This document shows, piece after piece, positions 49,001 through 61,500 of a stretch of DNA of 63,667 nt. The position numbers and the translations under genes are program-made. Each line of letters opens with the position of its first letter. The first letter of the stretch is position 1. The stretch comes from Geosiphon pyriformis uo1 (lineage: Eukaryota; Fungi; Glomeromycota). Below the pieces are notes generated by a model. It was not told where the DNA came from and did not search any database. It saw only the letters and a list, made by a program, of their open reading frames with translations. The DNA lies in contig JAAOMT010000479.1 in assembly GCA_016748015.1 (NCBI GenBank), forward strand, positions 647,824 to 711,490, read 5' to 3'.

Positions 49001-52000
49001 AAAACTAAAAAATTATTATCATGTAAAATGTCAAAATTGCTACAGACTAAAGAAATCTTATCTAAAAAAATCTTAGATAAAATTTTTCAGACTATTTTAA
49101 TTAAGATTATTGGCTTGGTATTTGTAAAAAATTTTTTTTAATCATATAGTTTTGGTATTATAAAAATTCAGACTCTTTTTTACTATATAAAAACTACACC
49201 TAACATTAAACATACATTAAAAATATTCAATAAACTATTCAAAACTTGTATATTATTATGTTTTTAGAGTTTATTAGAAATACCAAAAAAACCAGTGGCT
49301 TTTCTATTAAGTAAATTTTTGACAACTTGCAGAAATTTATCAAACTTAATATTACTCATAACTTTTGAAAAAGAATTATTATTGACATAATCTAAAAGAG
49401 CATATTGATTAGATCATCTATCAAACAGAACACTAAACACCATATATTTTTTTATTTATTCTTTTATAATTATGTTAATTATAAATTTGACTTCATGTGA
49501 ATTTAGAATCAAATTATTATTAACTATTAAATAGTCAAATACTACTTTTTTAAATGGCCAATTCAAAACATTTCTGATTATTTTTTTTTATTAGAACAGA
49601 AATTTTTTATATGTTTATTAATAACTTTTCTAATAAGATTATTCCAGACAATCTTGAATTCATAATACTTGAATTTATAGTATTTTTTTTGACTCTTAAT
49701 AGATAATATAGAATTTTCTTTAAACTTATGCCATTATTAATTATGATATGCAATCTGAAGGTCGTTTTTTTGTCAATATTAGTCTAAATATTAATAAAAC
49801 AATCAGTTTTTAAAATTTGATTTGACTCCAAATTTTTTATGATTTTGGCCATCAACAATTCCAAATTAAAAAACTTAGATAATTGCCTATTTTTTAAATA
49901 TTCAAATTTATTGAACTAAAGTCTAAAAAATATTTTATTAGCAAAGCTTACTACCATTTTTTTTAAAATTTTCTATATAGCATTTAAATTGTCACAATAT
50001 TTTGCATTATTGAATTTAGCCATTTTTTTTAAGAATTTATTTAATAAGCACTCTTTAAACTGTAATTACTTATTGATTTCAGTATTTTTAATTTGAATTT
50101 CAATCTATTTTTATTAGTCTGTTTATGATTATTATTAAAATGAACATTCAAAAGACTATTTAAGCTGACTATAATTTAAACTGCCTTGTAATTAGTATCA
50201 AAAAACTCAAACACAATGTTAATCTTATAACTAACAATTGCAAATACCAGGTTTTAGTTTATAAAAATGAAATTAATGATCTTCTCAATGTCTTTAAAAT
50301 TATTTTAAGTAGAAGTTTTGGCTAATAAATATTTATTAAATGAGTTAATTAAGCCTAAATCTACATAAAACCTAAAATTTACACTTTTTTTTAAACTGTT
50401 TTTATTGAAATTTTTATCTAATACTATAAAAGTACTAAAGTTAATAGTCTTAGCAATAAAAAAGTTAATATCCAATACCAAACCTAGTTTTAACAAAAGC
50501 ATTTGCATACAAACTCAAAATTATAACTAATAATTTACCCTTAAATAAAAGCCATACTGAAATAATTTGACCAGAGATTTTTTTTACTTTTGAGACATGA
50601 CAAATCAAAGAATTGTTTATGATAATTGCCACTTTACCACTAAGAAAGTCTTTGTTTAAACCAGATGTGAAAATTTTTATTCCATCAAACTTATTTATTA
50701 TTTATAGTCTAATACTAGATTTTAACTTTGTTTTCATAATAATAGAGATTATATTACTCAATTTTGTATGCCAACAAACTATATCCTCTTGTTTAGTAAA
50801 AATGTTGATATTGCAAATATTACATATAACAATTTTCCAGATCAAATCAGTTATTGAAATGAAACAACCACAGAAAAATCTGAGCCAGCACATAACTAAT
50901 TTAATCTTTCTAATACTAAATTAACTAAAACTTCAAGAACCACTATTTTCGATTTTAAGCTATCTATTTTGGTGATTAAAATCTTTGATTTATTCAAGCC
51001 TAAATCTAAAATCTTTTTGTTTACAACTAAAGTGAAAGAAACAGATAACATAGGTGAGTTATTTAATATTATATTCAAATTTAAATTCAAATTCAATAGT
51101 ACAGACACAGTAGAAAAGAGAGATTAAGAAATATATGTTAAAAGTACTGAATCTATAAAGCTTAATCTTTGTATAATACTAAACATTTGATTTGCTAAAA
51201 GCTTTAAGAAGTACTTTAAAAATGCCAAATAGATACTAATAAATGAATTGTTTTAAATAACCAGAAAACTTTTTTTAATATGTGATGTACCAAAAAAAAA
51301 TCAAAACCAGAATCAAAATAAGTATTATTAGAAAAAACAGTAAGTAAAACTACTTAAGCCTAATATTTGCTACCAAATACAGCAAAATAAGAAATAAAAA
51401 CACTTTTCTTAGTATACAGTCTGACCAACTAAAGACAATTTTTATTTGAAACAACTTTTTTATAAATTTTTTAGAAGACAAAACAAATATACTTGATATC
51501 TTATACTTTAAAACCAAATATTTAAAACATCTGCACTTTTTACAACAAACCAAATCTAATCTAGTCCAAAAAAGCTTTATATTACCAAAAATTGATTCTA
51601 TCTGAAAAATAGCCTTAAGTCTCTCATTTATTTTAAACCCAACTATAGCATATTGAATCTTATTGTCAATATTAAATAATTAGTTGATAACACAAGTTTT
51701 TTTACCAGCTCTCTCCAATAAAATACTTAAATTATAAGCAATAGTTTCTATTAACAAAATAAACAAAAGCATCTTAAACCAATCTTTTGACATTCAGATA
51801 TTATAATTTTTTATGGCTTTGACTATGCATACTGAATTTTTTTTAATCAAAATGACCACTTAACTGCCAATTAATTTGCCTGTGCTAATTTGACAAACTT
51901 TACTATAGTCTTCTATTATAGTCTAATTAATTATAAATAGATTGACACTATTTAACCAAACTTAAAGAGAGTTGCAATGATTATTTTTTTTGGCATATCT

Positions 52001-52790
52001 ATAAAAATTTCTTTAATAATTATGGGCTAATCTGAACAAACTTTTTATCTTTTGAGATTGGTATTTACAATAATCTCTTTTATACTAGCCAATAATACAG
52101 CTTTTTTCATGCTTTTTTCTAATGTAAATGTCAATCTGATAATCTTTTCATATTTTAAGAAAGTAATAGTCCTTCCAAAACCATTAATTGTTAAAAATAG
52201 TTTTCTAATTATTTAAGTTTTTGCTATTGCTAACTTGTTTTTTATAGCTAAAAAATTAATATTCAAAGCAAAAAATTTTTTGATGAGTATTTCTACTTGA
52301 GTTTTGGTAATTTTAGAATCAATTTATTTCTTATTTAATGAGATATTAAGAGAAGATAAAAAAAGTCTAATTTTTTATCTATATTAAAATTAAAAAAACC
52401 AAAAAAAAAGCCAAGAATTAAAGCAAGAACCACTTTTTTAGTCTTGGAAGTAATGACAGCTAAACCAAAAAAAAAACTACTATTAACATCAATTACAGAA
52501 TTACTATATTCACCATTACTAAAATTACCATCCATATTCAAAAACATATTATTACCAAAATTAGATTTGACCAAAGAGATGTTTTTTTATTAGCAGAGTG
52601 TTTAATGTTATTAAAAATAACTTTTTTTTTTGAGAAAAAAACCATTAGCAGAATCATAAAAAGTTTCTTTAAGCACTTTTTTTTAAATATATTGTCACCT
52701 GAAACAGCTTCTAAGTCCACAAAAAAAGGGTTGTTAAGTTAAAAAATATTGACAGAAACAACAAAAAAAAACAAAAAATCTTTTTTATTA
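46087..52790 (-). mobile_element. Near full-length LINE copy C: ORF1 (~52720-50860) and ORF2 APE-RT-RNase H-CCHC (~50854-46220), heavily decayed
   Basis: ORF2 starts LIWKIVICNICNIN..KQEDIVCWH..MKTKL (APE N-terminus); KAYNSVG and AFMNNTIW (RT); VYMDSSVK..LIKL (RNase H); poly-T at 46087. Confidence 0.85.
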
Positions 52791-52812
52791 AAATTATATT
52801 AAAAAAACTATG

Positions 52813-55100
52813 ACTGACTTTTTGTTTTCTTAATTTTATGACTACAACTAGAGCAAAGAGTAAAAAAGTTGCACCTGATATCTGTTCTGAGATATCTAAT
52901 AAAATTTCAACCAAAAAAGCTCTCTCTGTTGTAGAAGCAACTAGACAAAACGTTTTAGAAGTCTTTCCTTTACCCAGTAATTGTAATAAGCTACTTTTGG
53001 TAGCCACTGAAACAACTTCTTTATCTTTGGCTGGTTTCTCACCAGTCAAAGTTTTCTCAAAGAGACACACTTGGATTAGTCTCAGTGTTGTCTCCACTCC
53101 TACTAAGAGCCTAAAGGTGTTTAATAATAGACCAGTTAACAAGCTAATCTTCCCTTTTATGGTTTCTATATCTGATGCTGCTAGCACTTCCTCTTCAAAA
53201 AAAATGGTCAAAAGACCAAAAGTTCAGAAAAGTAGGGGCAGTCACTTGTTTCTACTATTGTTACACCAAACTCCTTTGTGATTCCCAATGAGATCTTAGA
53301 TGAGATCTCTGTAGCATCATCCAGCATGTCATTCAAGATGGGCCAAGATCAACCACTAGCTGTATTGCCAAATGTGGTGTCTTCTGGCAGATCATCACCA
53401 GTTCTAAAAGCAAAGCAATCTCCTTCTGGTGGGTCATCTGTTCTTGGAAACTGGGCTGATCAAATGGAAACTGAATCATCTCTTCCTCTAGTTTCTGGTG
53501 CTACTTCTGGTAGTGCTTGGGAAACTATTACTAATCATCAAAGATTTGCTGGGTGAATGGCCTCTACTCTGGTGCTTGGTACTACTTTTAAGATCAAATT
53601 GGCTCATGTTAAGGCTGTTTTTTAGTCAGTACATGGTTTTTTGGGTGCAAAGTCAGTATCAAAAGACAATGTGAAACTGTTTTGTGTGGAATTTGCTTCT
53701 TAAGTGTCTTTGGAAGCTGCATTTTTAGTTGAGCTTACAAGCTCTGTACATTTGGCTACCTTTAAAATTGCCAAGTCTTTGGTGATTTCTGAGTCTGGTT
53801 CCCCTTTTACTGCTGTTATGCTGCATGATGTGCTCTTGGATGTGTTTGCTGCTAACATTAAGACAGCTCTTAGTGTGTTTGGTAGTGTTACTCATGTTGT
53901 GCTAAAGTCTGCTGGTGTTTGGCAGTACATGATGATTTATTTTGAAAAGTTGGACTCTGCTGTGTCTGCTTTGAATCATTGGTCAGTTTTGGTGAGCAAG
54001 GATAGTATTAGAATCCTCCCTCTGGTGAATCAAAATGAGACTATTTTGTCTCATGATAAGTTTAAAACCAAGTTGGTTAATCTTTTTTCTGGATGCACAG
54101 CTTTCAAAATTAGTGATATAATTTCCCAAGTAGTGGTCAGACATGTTTTATTCTTTGTTTTCTTGAGTCTGGTTATCAGTCCTGGTTTGCTCTGATTACA
54201 TTTGGTTCACAAGCTTATTTGGATTCTGCTATTGTCAAAACTAGTACATTGAGAAAATGCCATATTTGGTGGAAAACTCCTGGTTGTTGGTGTTGTTTCA
54301 AGTGTCAAGAAATGAGCCATTTGGCTGCAGACTGTAAGATTTCTCCACCTTTCCTTCCCAAGCTTCCCAAGGTGTTTACACTATGCTTTGTTGGTCCTAA
54401 GTCTTATACCAAGGCTTCTGTTTCTTTGAGCTCTTCTGGATTTCCACCTCTGTTACTTTTTGTTTCTTCTTCTGTTGTTGTTGGTGATTCTCTGGTGCTA
54501 TCCTGATTGTCTTCTTTGGAATCTGATTTAACTAAGCTTTCTGTTTTGGTTGAGTTTATTGTTAAGCCTATTGGCTTTTTGGTTGCAATTTTTGAGCAGT
54601 TTATTAATGATAATTTGGTTTTAAGTAATGCTTTCAGTCTTAAGATCAATGAGGTTTTAGTACATATGAGTTCTTTTAGTAAGACTGTTAGTAAGTTGGA
54701 GAGGGAAGTGGTTTTTTTGAAAAAAGAATGCTGTATAGAGGACATTAATATGTTTGGTGATTTAGAGCTTTCACTTGTTGTGAGTGATAAGGTGTTTTCT
54801 AATCTAATGTCTCTTTGGGAGCATAAGTCTGTTGTTGTTAAAACTGATTCCTTTAAAACTGCCAAATGGCTGGTTGGTTTGGTTTCTTGCAGTGCAACTT
54901 TGTTTTCTGTCATTCAAAAGATGTTGTCTTTGGACAAGTTTTCTTCTGTAGCATCAGCATAGTGTGTTCTTGATTGGTCCAAGTGACTAGTCATGTGTAA
55001 AAAGTGCATAATTAACATCTAGTTTAGATTATTTCTTTGATATATAGTACTAGATTGTTTTTGGGCTGCACTCATTAAGCAAATAAAATAAAAAAAAAAA
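52813..55100 (+). mobile_element. Non-autonomous ORF1-only retroposon copy 2 (single decayed ORF 52838-54962, ~700 aa); TSD AAAAAAACTATG
   Basis: ORF with Ser/Lys-rich N-terminus, RRM-like blocks, CFKCQEMSHLAADC knuckle and coiled-coil. No RT. LINE-like 3' UTR with poly-A. Duplication at 52801-52812 and 55094-55105. Confidence 0.88.
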
Positions 55101-55480
55101 CTATGTAAAAACCAAAACATAAACTTAATATAAGCTATAAAAACTATTTATTTAAAAAATTTTAAATATTACTAATATTATTATTAAAAAACAAAAAAAA
55201 GTAATTTGGTTTTTATTTAATTAATTTAATTTTTAAAATTAAATAATTTAATAAGTTGATTAATTAAAATTATATATAAAACCATAATTTGTTTGCTTTT
55301 AAAATTGATAAAAATCAATTAAAATTTAATATATTAAATAGTATTATTCAAAAAAAACCTAAAAAAATAAATAATATTTAATTTAAATATATATTTAAAT
55401 AAAATAACAAAAAAATATGTGATTTTAAAAAGATATAAATAAAATTTAATAATATAAAATAATATAAAAAATGTAAAATA

Positions 55481-58400
55481 TTTTTATTATTATTATATGA
55501 TTTAACAAGTAAAGTCCAATTGCTATCTAGTACATAAAACCAAACTAAGTAAAACTAACTAAATGTAATTCATGCACTATTTACATATGGCTAGTTACTC
55601 AGGCCAGACAAAGCTACACTATACACCTATGTAAACACACACATTATCACCCAAACCAGAAAAAAATAACACAATTTACGTTTACCAAATTTAACAGCAA
55701 AAAAGTTCATAATACTAAGCATATAAACCATTTCATCTAATAGTACTGATCTTAAGTAGTAAGACAAACCTAACACAACACTACCATTCTTAATCAAACC
55801 AGCCCTTTCTATATTCACTCTATGCTTAGATTTAATGAATCACATCTTAATGTAATGCAACTTTATCACAAATTTAATAAATTCAACAAGAGCCAACACA
55901 GCTTTTTCTCTACCTTCAAAGACTATAATAGCTTTATTGTACCAACTTCCTAATACAAAACTCTTGCAAATAGCCATGTAAAGACTCACATCCAAGAAAC
56001 ACATTAAAAAAGACTATAAAATAGCAGAAATAGATGAACACAAAGGACCAGACAATAATATTCATTTTTTAGCAGCTTCAACCAAAATGTTCTCATGGAG
56101 ACAAGAGTCACTAGAACAAGTAAAAACATAGTCAGACAACTTCACCTTACCACAAAGCAGACATAGCATTTCAGGATAACTTTTGTCATAAAGTTTTTTC
56201 TTAACTGCAATTGGCAGCTGTCTATATACAGATTTCATCAAATATGTGTACAAATTGGCCAACTTTCTACTTGTGAACTCAGTAAGCATGTGCAAATCAG
56301 GATGCCAAACTCTTAAAATGGTATTCTAATCTATCTTCTTAATCATAGCACCTAGAACTATATCAAAACTGGGACCAGTCTCTTAATGAGCATAGCAAAT
56401 AGACCAGTACTAATTACAAACAAAATAACAAGTATTACCAAACACTACAGTATTCTCAGCAACTAAAAACCTTTTCCAAATTCCAATCAGCAAAAAAAGA
56501 GATGAGAAAGTGGATTCACTAGCTAATATATCAGCCCTAACATTACCAGATATCTTAAAATGTCCTTTAATTTTTACTTATTTAGCAGAAATATCCTTAT
56601 TCCTAAGAAGCTTGACTATGTGCAATCACTTAATCCAATACTGATTATAGAAGTCAAGCACAAAGAGAAAAGTTTCAGATATGTAAATATCAATAGCAGA
56701 CTGGCTGTTTGAGTACACAATCACAAAACATGAAGATAGAACACATTCCAAAGCCAAAGCAACAGCTTGCAGCTCAGTCAGAGTAGAAGACAGAAGCCCA
56801 GCCATCTTAATCCCAGCATTCACATCTACAGCTGGAAAGTAAACAGCCATACCACCAGCCATCTTAATAGAACCAGCACTTTTTAGGGACTCATCTGTAA
56901 AGACTTCAATACAATTGAACCAAACCTTTAGCAAACCATCACAAATATTAGAGAATCTATTAGATTCCAAAACATCCAACACAGACACTCTAGAAATAGC
57001 AGCAGTCTCATTCTCCAAAGAAGTAGACCTGATTATAAACTTAGAGGTTAAAGTAAACCAACAAGGCACAGAGCTTCTTGGGTCCAATCTCTTCTACTGC
57101 TAAAATATTTTCCAATTCATTACATTCTTTTTTTTGTCCAGAAGCCTGTTACCAAATGCAATGCCAAATTGTTTTAACAAAAGAACAAAAGTGAAATACA
57201 AAGACTAATCCAAGATACTAGACATTAGAAATCTACTAAACCCACAAAAAGCACTAGGCAAATTGTTTGCCAAAAATAGTTTATTGTTCAAAAGAATTTT
57301 CACCACTTTAGCCAAAAAATTGTTCATTGAACTAACATGCAACTTAACAAAAAATTGCAAAAAATTCATAAGAGACCACTCTACAACTTGCAAATCCAAA
57401 AATTTATGATTAAACAACCACCCAAAAATACCATAAGTGTTGGAAAAAGAGATCAGCAAAGCTAGTTTTTTCTCAGACTAAACTTGCTTAAAGAGTTTTA
57501 ACCCATACAAAAATGGATGGTGCAAAATCTCACAGAGAAAATTATACAGCAAACCAGCCTTGGCTCTAAGATTTTTTCTGATCATTACATTTCATTTGTG
57601 GCATACACCTAAAGAAACAAACCTAAATTGTCCAATAGTTAATTATAGGCTGCAAGACAGCTAAAACCAAGTAAAAAAATTGTTTATTTATAATAGTCTT
57701 TTTCAGTACCACATTAGAAAAAAACCTGACATTAAGATGAACCTAAGCCAAACTAGACTTGGAAAAATCCTCAGTGGACAAAAAAATGCCCAAGTATCTG
57801 TGTGCTTTATCTCTTTTGGCAATTGAAATCAGTAAATCATTAATTAACAGTAAAGCAGACTTAACATCCTGATTGATAAGTATAGCCACTGTCTTATCAT
57901 TGTTTATTAAAATATTATTGACCACAAAAAATTCACTAGAAATATTCAGAATATATTGTGTAGAAATCTGGCAATTCCCAACCCAAATTGTATCATCAAT
58001 AAAGGCACCAGCAGCCAAAAAAAAAAGTCATTCTACCAGTTGTTTTAACTCTGTCAGATCTCATCACAAATTTAGTGTCAATTCTGTATCCATATAAGTG
58101 CTTATGTCTTTTAATCTTACACAAGAGTGAATCATAAAAAATTCTCCAAAAGAGCAGAAAAATGACCTCACTCTAATCCAAACCATTATGTACATTATAA
58201 TCATTCAAAAATCCAAAATCTGTTATCATCTTGTTAATTTTGTTCCCATAAATGTCACCAAAAAACTTGATAAACCAATTACACATTTTAATACAATGCA
58301 AGCTAGTCTTCAAATGATGCCAGTCTATTGAATTGTAAGCCTTATGCATATCTTGTAATACCAGCCAGAATTCTCTGTTTTTTTTTAAAGCATTCTCCAC

Positions 58401-58598
58401 AACTGACCCAATGGCAAAAATAGGAAACTGAATTAAGGTCTTTTTTAACACTAAAAAGTTATTACCACTAAAAACATCAAATTTACTATAAGTTAAAGAT
58501 ATTCAATCAGAAAAGATTTTTTGGACTGTTTTGATCAAAGCAATAGGCCTAGTGTTTATTAAAACACCATTCTATTCATAAGGTTTAAGAATAATTGA
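55481..58598 (-). mobile_element. LINE copy D, ORF2 3' part (RT-RNase H-CCHC) and tail, interrupted by Gypsy family B
   Basis: LVLQDMHKAYNSIDW, AAGAFIDDTIW, HRYLGIF, VFTDESLK..TELQAVALAL..YSNSQSAI, CLLCGKVKLSDYVFTC; stop at 55627. Confidence 0.92.
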
Positions 58599-61500
58599 TG
58601 TTATCAGACGAAATTAGAGATATTATTTAACATGAAATTATCTTATAATTTTTATTATTAAATAGCACATATTATTATTCAAATGATCACTTATTACATT
58701 AGCAAAAATGTCCAAAATTATCATTTAATTAATAACCCAAATTGTACACAACACAGATGTAACCTAATTGCGATGATCAATCATGCAATACCCCGAACTA
58801 TATAACATTCAGAAGTTTGCCAAAATTTGTAGAAATTTGCCGAAATAATTGATAGTTTACCGAAATATCTAATAGTTTGCCGAAATAACTTGTAGTTTGC
58901 CGAAATGTATCTTTAGTTCAGCGAAATTGTAGAAAATAGCAAAGTTCAAGTTCATAGAATAGTGTTACAACAAGTTGTATAAAAAAAGAGCTTTTCTCTT
59001 TGAGAAAATGTATCTTATTTTAGATTTATCTCTTAAAACCGTTCCTATACACACAAAAAGAAATAAATATCAAATAAATTCGAAAAACCAAATTCTTTAA
59101 TTATTGTACTTGAAAAATCCCCAAAAACCCAACTAACATTTCGAAATTGATTAGCTACCAATTTTAGTAAACTGTTAGTGATTCCAGGCCTGGATAGAAA
59201 ACGTTTCTCTTGACAAAATTCTATTTCTTTTACATTTCTTTTATTTTTTTTTTCTTTTATTATTACAATCATTAGGGTAGCCTACAGACGAGATTCCTGT
59301 AGAAGAGTTGACTTTCACAGCAAAGTAACTATACATTTTAGTGAGCTTTCAGATGAGCAATTCCTGGAAAAGAGTTGACATTTACTACAACATAACTACA
59401 TAAAGTAACTGGCAAGGAATTGGCCATTCCACTTATAAGCCCAGCAGTTCAAATTATAGGAAATAATTTGAAGATAAATTCAGTTACTGGAGGTTCAACC
59501 ACATCCAGAAAATGTGAATTCAGCAAATAAGTATCAACAACATTACAGAAAAGAGACCAAAAACTTCTGGTAACATTTGGTGCTCTCCCACGAAAATAAC
59601 ACAGCAACAAATTCAAAGTGGCAACTGCCTCAGACATCACAACCTTAGAGTACTATCAATTGATTTACACACACTGCAAATAACAATTTGAAATATGCGA
59701 CGGAATCATAGCTTTCAAGAAAACACTTTTTCAATATATTGAAAATCAAATCAATGACTACCTCTTTGGGAACTATAACATTACAACAGTTAAAAGAGAT
59801 TTTCTTGATAATATACTACACTATTCCAACACTGATTCAGAAAACATTAGTGCTGAAGCTTGTGCTACTTATTTTGAGGAACTCGATTATAATATTATTT
59901 GATTCTGTGAAGAAAAATATCCTGCAAACGCACAATTTGCCTTTGAACTCAAATCTGAACCTGAAACCAGTAGCAACAAAAGACAAAAAGATAACTGACC
60001 TGTTCACACAACACCCAATACTCCCAAAATATCATTCAAACATTTACAAACACCTGAACAAAGAACCAGCTCAAAACTTTCACTTACTATCACACCTTTT
60101 CCAGCTTCACTTGCACAAGCCCAAACACTTAATTCACTCTTGAATCGATTTGCAAGACCAGAAGATTTTACATCACTCAGAAGTCCCACCAGACAACAAG
60201 AACCCCTTCTAACTAGTTCCAATCTCCTTGATTTTCTAGCTGAAAATCAAAATGAACACTCTGAGACAGCAGCAAATGAAGAAAACAACTCTGAAATAAC
60301 CAAAAAAGAATCAATAGACAGTGAAAACAAAGAAGACAAAATGACAACATACATTGCAAAAATCCCTGAATTCAATGGAGAAGATATTGAGACCAGTCCC
60401 CAAGAATGGCTCGACCAAGTTACTAAAGCTGGAGATGCAAATGGATGGAATGCTGCCAGAATGTTAAGAACAATTTCCTATTTTCTCAAAAAAACAGCAG
60501 GAGAATGGTTTGAAAACCTTGCCGCCCCATTCAATGATTGGAACGTTTTCAAAACAGCCTTTCTTAAACAGTTCACCGACAATAATACCTCCATCACTCT
60601 TCGCAATCGTTTTCGAAATATCAAACAAGAACTCTCCGAATCCATTATGGCTTATATTGGAAAATTCAACAAACTTCTCAGACAGATTTGCCAACTCAAG
60701 ACAAATAATTATTATTCCGATGATCAAATTTTGGATCAATTTATTGCTGGTCTAAAAGATAAACTAATTAAAAAGATTCGCCCACATGCACCAGAAGATT
60801 TAAACTCTGCCATACAGTATGTGAAAAGATACGAAATGGCCATGGAAGAGGCCAATCGTACAAAACTTGTAAATTTGGCAATTGAAGAAACCAGCTCAGC
60901 AGCTGAGAAAAAAATTGACCAACTCACAAAGAAGGTTGAAAACTATTTTACCAACCAACAACAACAACAATCCCAAAGATATCAACCACCCCAAAGACGA
61001 AATCAAAATAACTTTGTACCACTTTCCAGTAACCAGCCCCAGAATTGCCATTACTGTGGAATCTCTGGCCACTGAAAAAGAGATTGCAGAAAGTTACAGC
61101 AAGACCAACAAAACAGGGGTAATCAATATTACTCTCCACCACAGCAATCTTATTATCAACCATCACCACCAGCTTACTATCCACCAAAACCCCAATACCA
61201 AAATAACTATTATCAGCCCACTCCACAACCAATCCAACAGCAATACCAACAACCACCCACACAACATTATCAAGTACCTGCTCGAAGACTGATTACACAA
61301 AATCAATCCACACCACAAAACTGATACCAAGTAAACAACAGTAGAATCAGTTCGAACAACCAATTGGTTCCCCGAAATACCACTCAACCAAGACCCAACT
61401 ACTACTACACTCAACCCAGTTATTTAACAATGCTGGAAGAACAGGATTTTCACCATACTGTACTCTTGGAAGGTAGAACTGCAGCACAACAACAATGAAA

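Noticed and set aside
52720-52840. Head-to-head LINE C and ORF1-only element as a single bipartite element
   Set aside because: The ORF1-only copy has its own TSD, and the other copy lacks this arrangement, so these are independent insertions.
52711-54913. Antisense ORFs recurring in both ORF1-only copies (52711-53211, 54404-54913, 45058-45468, 42473-42805)
   Set aside because: Shadows of the sense ORF; recurrence follows from shared ancestry, with no independent evidence of coding.
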